Assembly (NCBI GenBank): GCA_018623875.1
Contig: JAAZUZ010000001.1
Location: forward strand, 1-46,164
Reading direction: 5' to 3'
DNA length: 46,164 nt
Origin: Synechococcus sp. HW_metabat.21
GTDB lineage: Bacteria > Cyanobacteriota > Cyanobacteriia > PCC-6307 > Cyanobiaceae
Part shown: piece after piece, positions 19,019-30,333 of the stretch
Layout: each line of letters begins with the position of its first letter
Numbering within the stretch: the stretch's first letter is position 1
The notes under the pieces: generated by a model
Told to the model about the DNA's origin: nothing
The model's database searches: none
Seen by the model: the letters and a program-made list of their open reading frames with translations, nothing else
Position numbers and translations under genes: made by a program

Positions 19019-19609
19019 ATGTCGAGGCTCGTCGGTCTTCAAGCTCCTGATTTCACCGCCACCGCTGTGGTGGATCAGGAATTCAAGGAGGTGACCCTCT
19101 CCTCGTACCGCGGCAAGTACGTGGTGCTCTTCTTCTACCCCCTCGACTTCACCTTCGTCTGCCCGACGGAGATCACCGCCTTCTCCGATCGCTACAGCGA
19201 GTTCTCCAGCCGCAACTGTGAAGTGCTGGGCGTGTCCGTGGACAGCCAGTTCTCTCACCTGGCCTGGGTTCAGACCGACCGTAAGAACGGTGGCCTGGGC
19301 GACATCGCCTACCCCCTGGTGGCTGACCTGAAGAAGGACATCGCCCGCTCTTACGAGGTCCTCGACGAGGACGCCGGTGTGGCCCTGCGCGGTCTGTTCA
19401 TCATCGATCCCGATGGTGTGATCATGCAGAGCACCATCAACAACCTGCCCGTCGGCCGCAGTGTTGATGAGACCCTGCGCCTGCTGCAGGCCTTCCAGCA
19501 CATCCGCAACAACCCCGACGAGGTCTGCCCCGCCAACTGGACCCCTGGCGAGAAGACCATGAACCCCGATCCCGTGAAGAGCAAGGAGTTCTTCGCCGCC
19601 GTCAACTGA
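19019..19609 (+). CDS. Typical 2-Cys peroxiredoxin (AhpC/Prx1)
   Basis: [33 protein letters not shown]; ATG at 19019. Confidence 0.96.
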   Translation: MSRLVGLQAPDFTATAVVDQEFKEVTLSSYRGKYVVLFFYPLDFTFVCPTEITAFSDRYSEFSSRNCEVLGVSVDSQFSHLAWVQTDRKNGGLGDIAYPLVADLKKDIARSYEVLDEDAGVALRGLFIIDPDGVIMQSTINNLPVGRSVDETLRLLQAFQHIRNNPDEVCPANWTPGEKTMNPDPVKSKEFFAAVN

Positions 19610-20630
19610 GCTGCGTCTTCGACCATTCATTTGGGGGCCTGAGGGCCCCCTTTTTTTGTTCCACCTCACCCGCGCGCACCAGAGTGAGCTCGCCAGTGCG
19701 TCCATCCAGCCGCGCCGAAACCCCGAGGGGAAGCGCCATGTTGGGGCGACCATGGCCAACGGGCAGATCCCTCACGAGCGGAAGGCCCAAGCTCCCCAGG
19801 CGTTCCTCCAGGATCTCGGCCATCGAGAAGTCTCCTGGTAGGACATCGTCCTCAGCCCACGAAAAGCGACCCAGACCAATCCCCCGGACCCCATCCAACA
19901 GACCAGCTGCGCGCCATTGGGTGAGCTGACGGTCGATCCTGTAAGGAGCCTCACCGGTGTCCTCTAGCACCAGGATTGCTCCCCTTAAGGATGGAAACCA
20001 GGGGGTCCCGATCAGGCTGGTGGCAACGGTCAGGTTGCTCACCACCAGCGTTCCCTCGGCCACCCCTGGCCGCAGCCCAACGCCATGGAGAGGCTGCACT
20101 GACGCACCCGTCAGCAGAGAAACGAGTCGCTGCCATTGCCCGCTGGAGCCACCGAACCAGCCATGAATGCCACCTGAGCTGCCCGCGGCCAGCTGAGCCA
20201 GGAGAACCGCGGAACAATCGGAGAAGCCAACGCACCAGCGCGGACCAGGCGGAATGCTCCAGTCCTGCTCCAAGACCCGAGCGCTGCCCCAGCCGCCACC
20301 CACCAGAAACAGCGCATCGATCGAAGGGTCAAGCCAGGCCTGACGGAGGGCGGCAGCCCGTTGCTGGTCAGTACCGGAGAACCAACGCCACTGACCACCG
20401 AGCTCAGGGGGAGTCTGCAAGACCCAGCCCTGCTGCTGACAGCGCATTCGGAGCTGTTCAAGCAATGGATCACCGCGCTCCATCCAGGTGCCTGGAGCTA
20501 ACGCTGCAATCCGTGCACCCCGCTTCAACGGCGCGGGATGATCCTGAACGGCTGAACGGGCAACAGCAGCAAAGGGGGCAGCGACCGTGAGCGCCCCAAT
20601 CAGGAGCTCACGGCGCCGCCAGAGGGTCAT
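19602..20630 (-). CDS. LD-carboxypeptidase (peptidase S66) with Tat-like signal
   Basis: GTDQQRA, GGWGSAR, GFSD (Ser), LED (Glu), VGHG (His); N-terminal RRRELL. Confidence 0.85.
   Translation of the reverse strand: MTLWRRRELLIGALTVAAPFAAVARSAVQDHPAPLKRGARIAALAPGTWMERGDPLLEQLRMRCQQQGWVLQTPPELGGQWRWFSGTDQQRAAALRQAWLDPSIDALFLVGGGWGSARVLEQDWSIPPGPRWCVGFSDCSAVLLAQLAAGSSGGIHGWFGGSSGQWQRLVSLLTGASVQPLHGVGLRPGVAEGTLVVSNLTVATSLIGTPWFPSLRGAILVLEDTGEAPYRIDRQLTQWRAAGLLDGVRGIGLGRFSWAEDDVLPGDFSMAEILEERLGSLGLPLVRDLPVGHGRPNMALPLGVSARLDGRTGELTLVRAGEVEQKKGALRPPNEWSKTQLS
19633..19657 (+). terminator. Intrinsic terminator after peroxiredoxin
   Basis: GGGGGCC-TGAG-GGCCCCC followed by T7. Confidence 0.85.
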
Positions 20631-21280
20631 CCCAACAGGCTGGCCAAGAGGCGCCGGCCATCGACACCACCGGTGGCCGGATCACAGGCGCGCTCCGGGT
20701 GGGGCATCAGACCCAGGACATTGCCCTGAGCATTGGTCAGACCAGCCACATCGGCCATCGAGCCATTGGGGTTGCGGCAGTAGCGCAAGACCACTTGGCC
20801 CTGATCTTCAAGGGCCTTGAGTTGGTCCGGATCGGCCTGGTAACGGCCCTCGCCATGGGCGATGGGGAAATTCACCACCTCACCGCTGCTGTAGCCCTGG
20901 AGCCAGCTGCACTGCCCCGGTTCAACCCGCAGATCGGTCGGTTCGCAAATGAAGTGCAGTTTCTGGTTGCGGGTCAACGCCCCGGGCAACAGTCCCATCT
21001 CCGTCAGGACCTGGAAGCCATTGCAAATCCCCAGCACGCGACCACCGCGATTCGCGAACGCGACCACTTCCTCCAGGAGCGGAGCAAAACGGGCGATCGC
21101 GCCGCAGCGGAGATAGTCGCCGTAGCTGAATCCACCAGGGATGACCACCGCATCCAGACCACTCAGATCGCGCTCCTCATGCCAAAGGAAACGCGTTTCG
21201 ATCCCCAGGCAGCCCTGGGCAGCCCACTGAACATCCCGGTCACAGTTGGACCCGGGAAAGACGACGACGCCGAGGGTCAT
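20627..21280 (-). CDS. purQ: Phosphoribosylformylglycinamidine synthase subunit PurQ
   Basis: [39 protein letters not shown]. Confidence 0.97.
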   Translation of the reverse strand: MTLGVVVFPGSNCDRDVQWAAQGCLGIETRFLWHEERDLSGLDAVVIPGGFSYGDYLRCGAIARFAPLLEEVVAFANRGGRVLGICNGFQVLTEMGLLPGALTRNQKLHFICEPTDLRVEPGQCSWLQGYSSGEVVNFPIAHGEGRYQADPDQLKALEDQGQVVLRYCRNPNGSMADVAGLTNAQGNVLGLMPHPERACDPATGGVDGRRLLASLLG

Positions 21281-21283
21281 GGC

Positions 21284-21553
21284 TCAGGCTCCCGCGTTGG
21301 AGTCGTCCTTGAGCTCGAGGGTCCAGTCCTCGATCACGGGATTAGCCAGGAGCCGATCACTGAGGAGCTCTAACTGCTGCCGCGCACTCTGGGCATCGGG
21401 AGCATCAAGCTCCACTTCAACGGCCTTGCCAATGCGCAGCTTGCTGATGCCATCCACACCCAGGCGGGAGGCGGCGGCTCGGGTGGCTTCACCAGCGGGA
21501 TCGAGCACGGAGGGCCTCAGGGAGACCAACACACGGGCAGAGAAGACGGGCAC
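21284..21553 (-). CDS. purS: Phosphoribosylformylglycinamidine synthase subunit PurS
   Basis: LRPSVLDPAG, RIGK, LLANPVIE. Confidence 0.95.
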   Translation of the reverse strand: MPVFSARVLVSLRPSVLDPAGEATRAAASRLGVDGISKLRIGKAVEVELDAPDAQSARQQLELLSDRLLANPVIEDWTLELKDDSNAGA

Positions 21554-21581
21554 CTGAGCTCTAGGTGGGGTTTGTTAAATC

Positions 21582-21964
21582 TTGGCAGGCCGGCTGACGG
21601 CAAGCCGCTGGCTGGACAGGTTGGGAGTGGTCCCTGGGGGCGCCGTGAGCCGTCTGCATGCCCTGGCCATGGTCCTGATGACGTCCATGGCGTTGGCAGC
21701 CCAGGCCCGTGAGCCCTTCTCGGTTCCTCTGGAATGCCAGTTGGAGTCTGGGGGCTGGCATCCCTGCACCATGACCGTTGAGCGCATCGGCGAGCACTGG
21801 TGGCTCCAGGTGGGACAGCGCCGCTTTGATTTCCGCCACGACGGACAGGGACGCATCGAACTGAAAGAGGCATCCGGCCCCCCGCGGGAGGTCTCGCCGA
21901 GCTGGACCAGGGAACAGGCCCTCTGCTGGGACAGGGTCTGCACCAAGGGAAACCTGCCCCTGGA

Positions 21965-21968
<4 letters not shown>
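21582..21968 (+). CDS. Secreted hypothetical protein with Cys pairs (start may be 21645 or 21669)
   Basis: Signal-like ALAAQA; C..W..C and CWDRVC..G.LPLD; fills the gap between purS and cobW. Confidence 0.6.
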
Positions 21969-23032
<1,064 letters not shown>

Positions 23033-23034
23033 GC

Positions 23035-23616
23035 TCAGGCGACGAGGGCCGTCCAGGTGAAGGCGGCACCGATGCCAACGAGCACCCAAGCGAGGGCGAT
23101 CTTCGTGACGGGTTGCAGATCAAGTGCCAGACGGCGCAGTGCCACCAGAGAAGCCGTCAACACGAGGGCCTGGCTGAGCAGTAAACCGAAGAAATAGAAG
23201 GCGATGGGAGTGGACTCCCAACCGATCACGGAGGCGCTCAGGACGTAGCCGTGAAGAGCAAAGGCGGGGATGAGCGTCAGGGCCGGCAGGCGACCAGCTA
23301 TCACGAGACCTTCCAGCACCAGCGACAGGGACACCAAGGCCTCAGCAGCGGGCAGACCTGGAAGCCAAAGACCGACAGCACTCGACGCCAAGCCAACGAC
23401 CAGCAGGCCCAGGGTCCAGCGCATGGAGCGCTTCAGGCCGACAAGAGCCAGTGCCAGCAGGAACAGAAGGTGATCGGGCCCCAGAAGAGGGTGGGCCAGA
23501 CCGCTGAGCAGGCCGCTGATGGACGAGGGCTCCATGCCCAAAGACTCCATCGGGTGGTGGGCCAGGGCTGGGCCAGCACTCAAGAGGAGCGCAGCAGCAC
23601 CAAAACGCTTCAACAT
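23035..23616 (-). CDS. hupE: HupE/UreJ-family Co/Ni transporter
   Basis: Signal ALA-HHP, GLAHPLLGPDHLL, ALHGY, several TM helices; ATG at 23616. Confidence 0.9.
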   Translation of the reverse strand: MLKRFGAAALLLSAGPALAHHPMESLGMEPSSISGLLSGLAHPLLGPDHLLFLLALALVGLKRSMRWTLGLLVVGLASSAVGLWLPGLPAAEALVSLSLVLEGLVIAGRLPALTLIPAFALHGYVLSASVIGWESTPIAFYFFGLLLSQALVLTASLVALRRLALDLQPVTKIALAWVLVGIGAAFTWTALVA

Positions 23617-23651
23617 CAACAGAACTGGTCCGCGCCAGGGATTGTGGGTAG

Positions 23652-23778
23652 CACCGGCGGGCGTTCTGACTGGAATCCTGAAACCAGGACTCTTCACAGC
23701 TGCGGGACAGCGCCGGAATTACACCGAACTTTCCCCGTTTCCTCTTCGGGCTGATCCCCCGAAGAACCGGAGAGCCGA
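23652..23778 (-). promoter_or_regulatory. Cobalamin (B12) riboswitch
   Basis: Minus strand reads CCGGTTC...GAAACGGGGAAAGTTCGGTGTAATTCCGGCGCTGTCCCGCAGCTGTGA...AGTCAGAACGCCCGCCGG, the B12-element core, upstream of hupE-cobW. Confidence 0.9.
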
Positions 23779-23791
23779 GCCTAAGCGCTGA

Positions 23792-24307
23792 TTAGCGACA
23801 GGCCAGGCTTTCGCGCGTCTCCACGCCGGTTCGAGGGTTGACGCCACTGGCCCTGGCGCAAAGCGCCTTCTGCTGGGGCAGATCGAGAACCGCGTCGGTG
23901 AAGTCGGTTCCCTCGATCTGGGCGCCAGTGAACTTGCTGTTCATCAACATGGCGTTGCGGAAGACAGCACCGCTTAGGTCAGCGTTGTCAAAGCGCGTGG
24001 CGAAGGCCACGGCATCCTCCAGATCGGCCGCTGAAAGGTTGGCGTTCTGGAGATTGGCGGTGTTGAAGACCGCGCCGCGCAGGTCGGTCTCGCTGAGATC
24101 GAAGCCCTCCATTGAGGCCTTCAGAAACTCCTGCTGCTGCAGGTTGCGGCCATGCATGTCCGGCTGGAGATCTTGGGCACTGCGTTGACCGCGCAGTTCG
24201 GGGGCGGTGATCGCGAATGCCGGCTCAGCAGCAGGCAAGAAGAAGGCAAGCTGCAGCGCCAGAGCGATGGCGATGGAGCTCATCCATCGGGCGACGAGGT
24301 TCCGCAC
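23792..24307 (-). CDS. Pentapeptide-repeat protein (lumenal/periplasmic)
   Basis: Signal peptide, A(D/N)LxxA repeats, C-terminal LC..ASGVNP.TGVETRESLAC; start GTG 24307 or ATG 24283. Confidence 0.85.
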   Translation of the reverse strand: MRNLVARWMSSIAIALALQLAFFLPAAEPAFAITAPELRGQRSAQDLQPDMHGRNLQQQEFLKASMEGFDLSETDLRGAVFNTANLQNANLSAADLEDAVAFATRFDNADLSGAVFRNAMLMNSKFTGAQIEGTDFTDAVLDLPQQKALCARASGVNPRTGVETRESLACR

Positions 24308-24362
24308 TACAGCTTTAACTTGGGCGATCAAGTTATTGCAGGCGGACACCGGAGCGCGACCG

Positions 24363-25034
24363 ATGAGCAAGACCCTGCGTGTGGTGGTGCCCCCCCATCC
24401 CCTCATTGGCCACTGGCTGACCCTGCTCCGTGACGCAGAGACGCCACAACCGTTGTTTGCCACCGCCATGGCCGAATTGGGGCGTTGGTTGACCTACGAG
24501 GCCATGCGGGACTGGATCCCCTATCAGCGGGTCCAGGTGACCACACCCCTCGCCCAAACAGAAGGAACCATCGTGGATGGCTCCATTCCCTTGCTCGCAG
24601 TGCCCATCCTTCGGGCGGGACTCGGGCTCTGGGACGGGGCGAAAACCGTCATCCCCAGTGCGTCCGTTGCCCACATGGGTTTGCAACGGGATGGGGCCAG
24701 TGGCCGCTGCCGCTGTTACTTCAACGGACTGCCCGAATCCATCCCTGCCAATGCGGGTGTGCTGGTTTTCGATCCGATGGTCGCTAGCGCCGGCACGCTG
24801 CTCAATGTCCTGGAGCAGCTCGAAACCAAAGGGGTCAGTGGGCAACGGGTCCGTGTGGTTTCCGCTCTTGCCGCCAGCCCCGGCTTGAAAACCCTGGGTG
24901 AGCGCTACAGCGATCTGACGATCTACACCGGCTGCATCGACGCTGAATTGGACGAGCAGCTGCGGATCGTTCCAGGATTGGGTGACGCGGGTGACCGTCT
25001 CTATGGCAAGCCGCAGTCAGGCTTCGTAGGCTGA
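24363..25034 (+). CDS. upp: Uracil phosphoribosyltransferase
   Basis: HPLIGHWLTLLRD, VPILRAGLG, DPMVAS, IVPGLGDAGDRLYG; ATG at 24363. Confidence 0.93.
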   Translation: MSKTLRVVVPPHPLIGHWLTLLRDAETPQPLFATAMAELGRWLTYEAMRDWIPYQRVQVTTPLAQTEGTIVDGSIPLLAVPILRAGLGLWDGAKTVIPSASVAHMGLQRDGASGRCRCYFNGLPESIPANAGVLVFDPMVASAGTLLNVLEQLETKGVSGQRVRVVSALAASPGLKTLGERYSDLTIYTGCIDAELDEQLRIVPGLGDAGDRLYGKPQSGFVG

Positions 25035-25058
25035 GGTCCATTCGAGCGCTCTGCAGCA

Positions 25059-25355
25059 ATGTCCAACCGAGATGGCGGTTCCGGATCTCTGGGCACCCTC
25101 TTGGCTGGTGCGGTGATCGGCGCCGCCGGGTTTGCCTGGTGGCTTTACTCCGAAGCAGAGCGGAAACAGCAGCAGACCCGGCAGCAACGCAGCCTGCGCC
25201 TGAGCCGCCTTGCCGACCACGACGACCAGACCTTCGACCCGAATAGCGAGAGTCCGGTCGTCCGTGAGCATGAGCTCCAGGACAAGGTGCAGCAGCTGAA
25301 CCAGGCCATCGAGGACGTCCGCCGTCAGCTGGAAGGGCTGAGCCCCCAGAGCTGA
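25059..25355 (+). CDS. Small membrane-anchored coiled-coil hypothetical protein
   Basis: GTLLAGAVIGAAG TM segment; C-terminal LQDKVQQLNQAIEDVRRQL. Confidence 0.7.
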   Translation: MSNRDGGSGSLGTLLAGAVIGAAGFAWWLYSEAERKQQQTRQQRSLRLSRLADHDDQTFDPNSESPVVREHELQDKVQQLNQAIEDVRRQLEGLSPQS

Positions 25356-25397
25356 TCAAGCTCCTCGGTAGGTTGCTGCGTAGACAACGCCGCAGCC

Positions 25398-27074
25398 ATG
25401 CTCCGCTCCGCCGCGATCACCCAGGGCATTCAGCGCTCCCCCAACCGCGCCATGTTGCGGGCGGTCGGTTTCGGCGACGCTGATTTCAACAAGCCGATCA
25501 TTGGCATCGCCAACGGCTACAGCACGATCACGCCCTGCAACGTCGGCCTCAACGACCTGGCACGCCGGGCTGAACAGGCCGCTCTGGGGGCCGGGGCGAT
25601 GCCTCAGATGTTCGGCACCATCACCGTCAGCGACGGGATTTCGATGGGCACCGAGGGGATGAAGTACTCCTTGGTGAGCCGCGAGGTGATCGCCGACGCC
25701 ATCGAGACCGCCTGCAACGGCGAGTCAATGGACGGCGTCTTGGCGGTCGGTGGCTGCGACAAGAACATGCCCGGCGCCATGTTGGCGATGGCACGGATGA
25801 ATATCCCGTCGGTCTTCGTCTACGGAGGCACGATTAAACCCGGCAAGCTGGGCGGCTGCGATCTGACGGTGGTCAGTGCCTTTGAGGCGGTCGGTCAGCT
25901 CACTAGCGGGCAAATCGACGAGGAACGGCTCACCGAAATCGAGAAGAACGCCTGCCCGGGCGCCGGCAGTTGTGGTGGCATGTTCACGGCCAACACCATG
26001 AGTGCGGCCATCGAAACCATGGGTTTGAGCCTGCCTTACAGCTCAACGATGGCGGCCGAAGACCCCGAAAAAGCGGACAGCGCCGCGCGCAGTGCGGAGG
26101 TTCTTGTCGAGGCCATCAAAGCCAACATTCGCCCCCGGGATCTGTTGACCCGGGAAGCCTTTGAGAACGCCATCAGCGTGATCATGGCCGTGGGCGGCTC
26201 CACCAACTCCGTGCTGCACCTCCTAGCCATTGCCCGCACGGCAGGGGTGGAGCTGAGCATCGACGACTTTGAGCGCATCCGCCAACGGGTACCCGTGATC
26301 TGCGATCTCAAACCCAGTGGTCGCTACGTGACCGTCGATCTGCACCAGGCCGGCGGCATCCCTCAGGTGATGAAGCTGCTCTTGGATGCCGGTCTGCTGC
26401 ATGGCGATTGCCGAACCATCGAAGGCAAGACGCTGCACGAACTCCTGGCGGATGTGCCATCCGTGCCCGCCGCCAACCAAGACGTCATCCGGCCTCTGAG
26501 CAACCCCCTTTATGCCAAGGGCCACCTGGCGATTCTCAAGGGCAACCTGGCCCAAGAGGGCGCCGTCGCCAAAATCAGTGGTGTCAAGAACCCAGTGATC
26601 ACGGGACCGGCGCGGGTTTTCGAGAGCGAAGAAACCTGCCTCGAGGCAATCCTCGACAAACAGATCAACGCCGGTGATGTGGTGGTCGTCCGCAATGAGG
26701 GCCCCGTCGGTGGACCGGGAATGCGGGAAATGCTCTCCCCGACCTCGGCGATCGTGGGCCAGGGCCTGCTCGACAAGGTGGCGCTGATCACCGATGGTCG
26801 CTTCTCCGGCGGTTCCTATGGCCTCGTCATTGGCCACGTCGCGCCTGAGGCCGCGGTGGGAGGCACGATTGGCCTGGTTCAAGAAGGGGACAGCATCACG
26901 GTGGATGCCAATCAGCTGTTGATTCAGCTGAACGTGGACGAGGCCGAGTTGGCCGCCCGTCGCGCCGCCTGGAGCAAGCCTGAACCGCGCTACCGGACCG
27001 GTGTGCTGGGCAAGTACGCGCGGCTCGTGAGCTCCAGCAGCAAAGGTGCGGTGACGGACCAGCCGGGTCTCTAG
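25398..27074 (+). CDS. ilvD: Dihydroxy-acid dehydratase
   Basis: [50 protein letters not shown]. Confidence 0.97.
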   Translation: MLRSAAITQGIQRSPNRAMLRAVGFGDADFNKPIIGIANGYSTITPCNVGLNDLARRAEQAALGAGAMPQMFGTITVSDGISMGTEGMKYSLVSREVIADAIETACNGESMDGVLAVGGCDKNMPGAMLAMARMNIPSVFVYGGTIKPGKLGGCDLTVVSAFEAVGQLTSGQIDEERLTEIEKNACPGAGSCGGMFTANTMSAAIETMGLSLPYSSTMAAEDPEKADSAARSAEVLVEAIKANIRPRDLLTREAFENAISVIMAVGGSTNSVLHLLAIARTAGVELSIDDFERIRQRVPVICDLKPSGRYVTVDLHQAGGIPQVMKLLLDAGLLHGDCRTIEGKTLHELLADVPSVPAANQDVIRPLSNPLYAKGHLAILKGNLAQEGAVAKISGVKNPVITGPARVFESEETCLEAILDKQINAGDVVVVRNEGPVGGPGMREMLSPTSAIVGQGLLDKVALITDGRFSGGSYGLVIGHVAPEAAVGGTIGLVQEGDSITVDANQLLIQLNVDEAELAARRAAWSKPEPRYRTGVLGKYARLVSSSSKGAVTDQPGL

Positions 27075-27454
27075 GCCTCCCCGGCGATCAAGGCGCGGAT
27101 GCGACGGCAGAGGGCCTCGAGGGGGGCCCCTGCGCTGGGTCGCTCACAGCGTTCACCGGAGTTCGATTGCATCCAGACCGGGTGGCTGCCGTGCCAGAGC
27201 ATCGGAGCCTCCTCGTCGGCCACCATGCTCAGCATGAGGTTCAACTCCTCACCACTCCGGTAGATCTCAAGCTCCAGGTCCCGTTCGGGGTGGCGGACCC
27301 CGTCCGCATCACGGGCCTCGATCAGTAGGCAACAGTCACTGCAGTCGCCCACCGTTGTCGGGGGCTCACCGCTGAAGCGAAGGGCGTGGCGGTAGGGCTT
27401 CAGGCAGACGTCCGCTGCCTTCGCCAATTCACTGAGCAGAGGTTCAACGTCCAT
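27071..27454 (-). CDS. Hypothetical protein
   Basis: 127-aa ORF 3 nt downstream of the CIA30 gene; [11 protein letters not shown] and [10 protein letters not shown] look coding. Confidence 0.7.
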   Translation of the reverse strand: MDVEPLLSELAKAADVCLKPYRHALRFSGEPPTTVGDCSDCCLLIEARDADGVRHPERDLELEIYRSGEELNLMLSMVADEEAPMLWHGSHPVWMQSNSGERCERPSAGAPLEALCRRIRALIAGEA

Positions 27455-27457
27455 CTG

Positions 27458-28030
27458 TTAGGCCACCGCACGAATCGAGCGGATTAAGAGGCTCAAGGGT
27501 CCTGGTCTGAACCCAGGGTTGCGGCCGCCCAAGTCGCCGAACTTGGAGTGGAGCACCTGGATCCGCGTGACCGCTCGCGGGTCAAAACGAAGCGGGAAGC
27601 CCACGGGGGTCGCACGGACACTGGGGGTGAGTCGATTGAACGGAATCGTCACAACGGAGGTGCCATTGGGACGAGTCGAGAACTCAGCCACCCAGCGCAG
27701 GCCGCCGGGTATCAGCTCGGTCAGACCCCTGACCCCATCACGAGAGGCGACGGCAAGTTTGTAACGACGACCATCACCATCAAGTTGAAGCTCGAGGGCG
27801 CCGTAGGCAGAGAGATCGCGAGGCGGATCGAGGACCGGTGAACGGCAACTGACAAAGCCACCACCCTCCGGCTCGACGATGGCCTCCATCAGCAGTCCAT
27901 CGGCGGTGGGGGTGCAGCGACCTTGGCTTCGGCCACCCATGATGGTGTCGTTCAGGGACTGCCAGCCCGGGAAGTCAGCACCAGAAGCGAGCACCAACGG
28001 GGCAACCATGGACGCGATCCAGGGAAACAT
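27458..28030 (-). CDS. CIA30-family protein
   Basis: W..LNDTIMGGRS, GGGFVSCRS, GDGRRYK, SKF motifs; start ATG 28030 or 28009. Confidence 0.85.
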   Translation of the reverse strand: MFPWIASMVAPLVLASGADFPGWQSLNDTIMGGRSQGRCTPTADGLLMEAIVEPEGGGFVSCRSPVLDPPRDLSAYGALELQLDGDGRRYKLAVASRDGVRGLTELIPGGLRWVAEFSTRPNGTSVVTIPFNRLTPSVRATPVGFPLRFDPRAVTRIQVLHSKFGDLGGRNPGFRPGPLSLLIRSIRAVA

Positions 28031-28034
28031 CGCC

Positions 28035-28760
28035 TCAGCCTGCCGCAGCACCTCCAGCGAGCGCGGACTCATCGGCCAACACCAGCACCTCCGTTCGGGG
28101 CGTCACCAACTTGGCTGGTGTCCTTTGGGGAGATTCAGCGGGATCCAGTAGGCGGGCCAGCGCCTGGGCCTTCCCCTCTCCACTCACCAAAAAGATCACT
28201 TGGCGGGAGGCACTGAGGACCGGCGCGGTCAACGTGATCCGCTCCAAGCCTTTGCCACGGCCAACGGTGGTCCAGCGGTCGGTGACCGTCGGTGCCTCCG
28301 TGCCAGGGAACAGTGAGGCCGTGTGGCCATCCTCGCCAAGACCGAGAACCATCAGGTCAAAGATCGGGGGCTCACCAGGACAGACCTTCTGGATGGCGCT
28401 CTGGAACGCGGCGGCACTGTCATCAGGGGTCGGCAGGGTCACCGTCGGGACGGGATGGAACGCGGCATGGCTACCCGGACCTTGCTTGAGAAGGGTCTGG
28501 CGAAGCATCCGCGCGTTACTCGAAGGATCTTCTCCAGCGACCCAGCGTTCATCGCCGAGAAAAACATCGACGCGCTCCCATGGCAGGTGCTCCTGACCCA
28601 GTAGGCCATAGGCAACCGCAGGGGTGCTGCCACCCGAGAGGGCGAGTTGTGCCCGATCCCGTTGATCGAGGGCAAGGTCGAGATGGGACGCGATGGTCTG
28701 GGACGCAAGCCGAGCCAAATCCTGGGAATCCCGAGCCCGCTCAATCCGATAGGTGGTCAT
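28035..28760 (-). CDS. pgl: 6-phosphogluconolactonase
   Basis: LSGGSTP, GDERWV, SN, LGLGEDGHTASLFPG, RITLT; ATG at 28760. Confidence 0.95.
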   Translation of the reverse strand: MTTYRIERARDSQDLARLASQTIASHLDLALDQRDRAQLALSGGSTPAVAYGLLGQEHLPWERVDVFLGDERWVAGEDPSSNARMLRQTLLKQGPGSHAAFHPVPTVTLPTPDDSAAAFQSAIQKVCPGEPPIFDLMVLGLGEDGHTASLFPGTEAPTVTDRWTTVGRGKGLERITLTAPVLSASRQVIFLVSGEGKAQALARLLDPAESPQRTPAKLVTPRTEVLVLADESALAGGAAAG

Positions 28761-28770
28761 CGGTCTGACC

Positions 28771-30189
28771 TCAATCGAGCCACTCGGTATGGAAGGTGCC
28801 CTCTTGATCAACCCGCTGATAGGTGTGGGAGCCGAAGCAATCCCGCATGGCCTGCACGAGGTTCTGGGGAAGGCGAGCCGTGCGGTAGCTGTTGATGTAG
28901 TCCAGGGTGCTGCTCAAGCAGGGAACCGGGATCCCCGCTTCTGCAGCTCCAGCCACGACCTTCGCTAGGCCGGGTAGGCGACGGTTGACCTGGTCAGCAA
29001 ACCAGGGATCGATCAACAGGTTCTCCAGCTGGGGGTTGGCATTGAAGGCGTCCTGAATGCGCTTGAGTAGACGTGCGCGGATGATGCAGCCACCCTTCCA
29101 AATCTGGGCGATGGAAGGCATGTTCAAGTTGTAGTCATGCTCAGCGGAGGCGATCCGCAGTAATTCCATTCCCTGGGCGTAGCTCGCCATGCAGGCCAGG
29201 ACGACGGCATCCATGAGCGGACCGCTGCCATCGGCGGGGTTGACGAGATCGAAGGCTTTGACAACCGGGCCGCGGAGGATGGATTCCGCCGCGACGCGCT
29301 GAGGCTTCATCGAGCTCATCACGCGGCCATTCAAGGCGGCATAAATCGTCGGCACAGAAGCCCCCATCTGAAGGGCACTCACGACGGTCCAAAGGCCCGT
29401 CCCTTTCTGACCGGCTTGGTCGACGATCTTCTCCACCAGATCGCTGCCGTCGCTTGGGTCCTTCGTGCGCAGGCAGACCTCGGTGATCTCCACCAGGTAA
29501 GAAGCCAACTCTTCAGTGCTGTTCCAATGCCGGAAGATGTCCGCCATTTGGGTACCGGTCTGGCCACCCACCCGCTTCAGCAGGTCGTAGGCCTCCGCAA
29601 GGATCTGCTCGATGCCGTACTCAATACCGTTGTGCACGGTCTTGACGAAGTGACCGGAACCGCCCGGACCGATGTAGGTGACACAGGGGCCGTCCTCGAC
29701 CTGGGCTGCCATCTTGCAGACCAAGCTCTCGATGGCGTCATAGGAGGACTTCGTGCCGCCGGGCATCATGCTCGGCCCCTCGAGTGCACCCTTGGCACCA
29801 CCCGAGACGCCCATGCCAATGAAGCCAAAGCTTTTGCTCTCCAGCTCGGCGACGCGGCGCTCGGTGTCGTGGTACTCGGAGTTACCGCCATCGATCAAGA
29901 GATCACCCGCTTCGAGATAGGGCGAGATGTCTTGAATGACCGCATCCACCGCCGGCCCGGCTTTGACCATCATCAAGATCCGGCGCGGATGCTGGAGCTT
30001 GCTCACAAACTCCTCCAGGCTGGAGGAGCCAACGATCTGCTTGCCCGCTCCGGGACCGGCGAGAAATTCTTCGGTTTTGGCGTAAGTGCGGTTGTAAACC
30101 ACGCTTGAGAAACCATTGCGCTCAGCGTTGAGAACCAAGTTCTCGCCCATCACGCCGAGACCGATCAAGCCGAAATGGGCCTTATCCAT
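28771..30189 (-). CDS. gnd: NADP-dependent 6-phosphogluconate dehydrogenase
   Basis: GLGVMG, YNRT, DGGN, GVSGG, KTVHNGIEYG, QKGTG, QAMRDCFGSHTY. Confidence 0.97.
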   Translation of the reverse strand: MDKAHFGLIGLGVMGENLVLNAERNGFSSVVYNRTYAKTEEFLAGPGAGKQIVGSSSLEEFVSKLQHPRRILMMVKAGPAVDAVIQDISPYLEAGDLLIDGGNSEYHDTERRVAELESKSFGFIGMGVSGGAKGALEGPSMMPGGTKSSYDAIESLVCKMAAQVEDGPCVTYIGPGGSGHFVKTVHNGIEYGIEQILAEAYDLLKRVGGQTGTQMADIFRHWNSTEELASYLVEITEVCLRTKDPSDGSDLVEKIVDQAGQKGTGLWTVVSALQMGASVPTIYAALNGRVMSSMKPQRVAAESILRGPVVKAFDLVNPADGSGPLMDAVVLACMASYAQGMELLRIASAEHDYNLNMPSIAQIWKGGCIIRARLLKRIQDAFNANPQLENLLIDPWFADQVNRRLPGLAKVVAGAAEAGIPVPCLSSTLDYINSYRTARLPQNLVQAMRDCFGSHTYQRVDQEGTFHTEWLD

Positions 30190-30282
30190 GGAGCGTTGTG
30201 GTGTCCAATGGCATCAGTGTGGCGACGTCCTCCAGCGGCGTGAACCGTTGTGGGGGAACACTGAAACAGGATTGATCAGCAC

Positions 30283-30311
30283 AAAAAAACCTCCCTGGCG
30301 AACCGGGGAGG
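30283..30311 (-). terminator. Intrinsic terminator after glgC
   Basis: Minus strand CCTCCCCGG-TTCG-CCAGGGAGG (one mismatch) followed by T7. Confidence 0.75.
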
Positions 30312-30333
30312 CAGGACGACAGAGGGAACTGGG

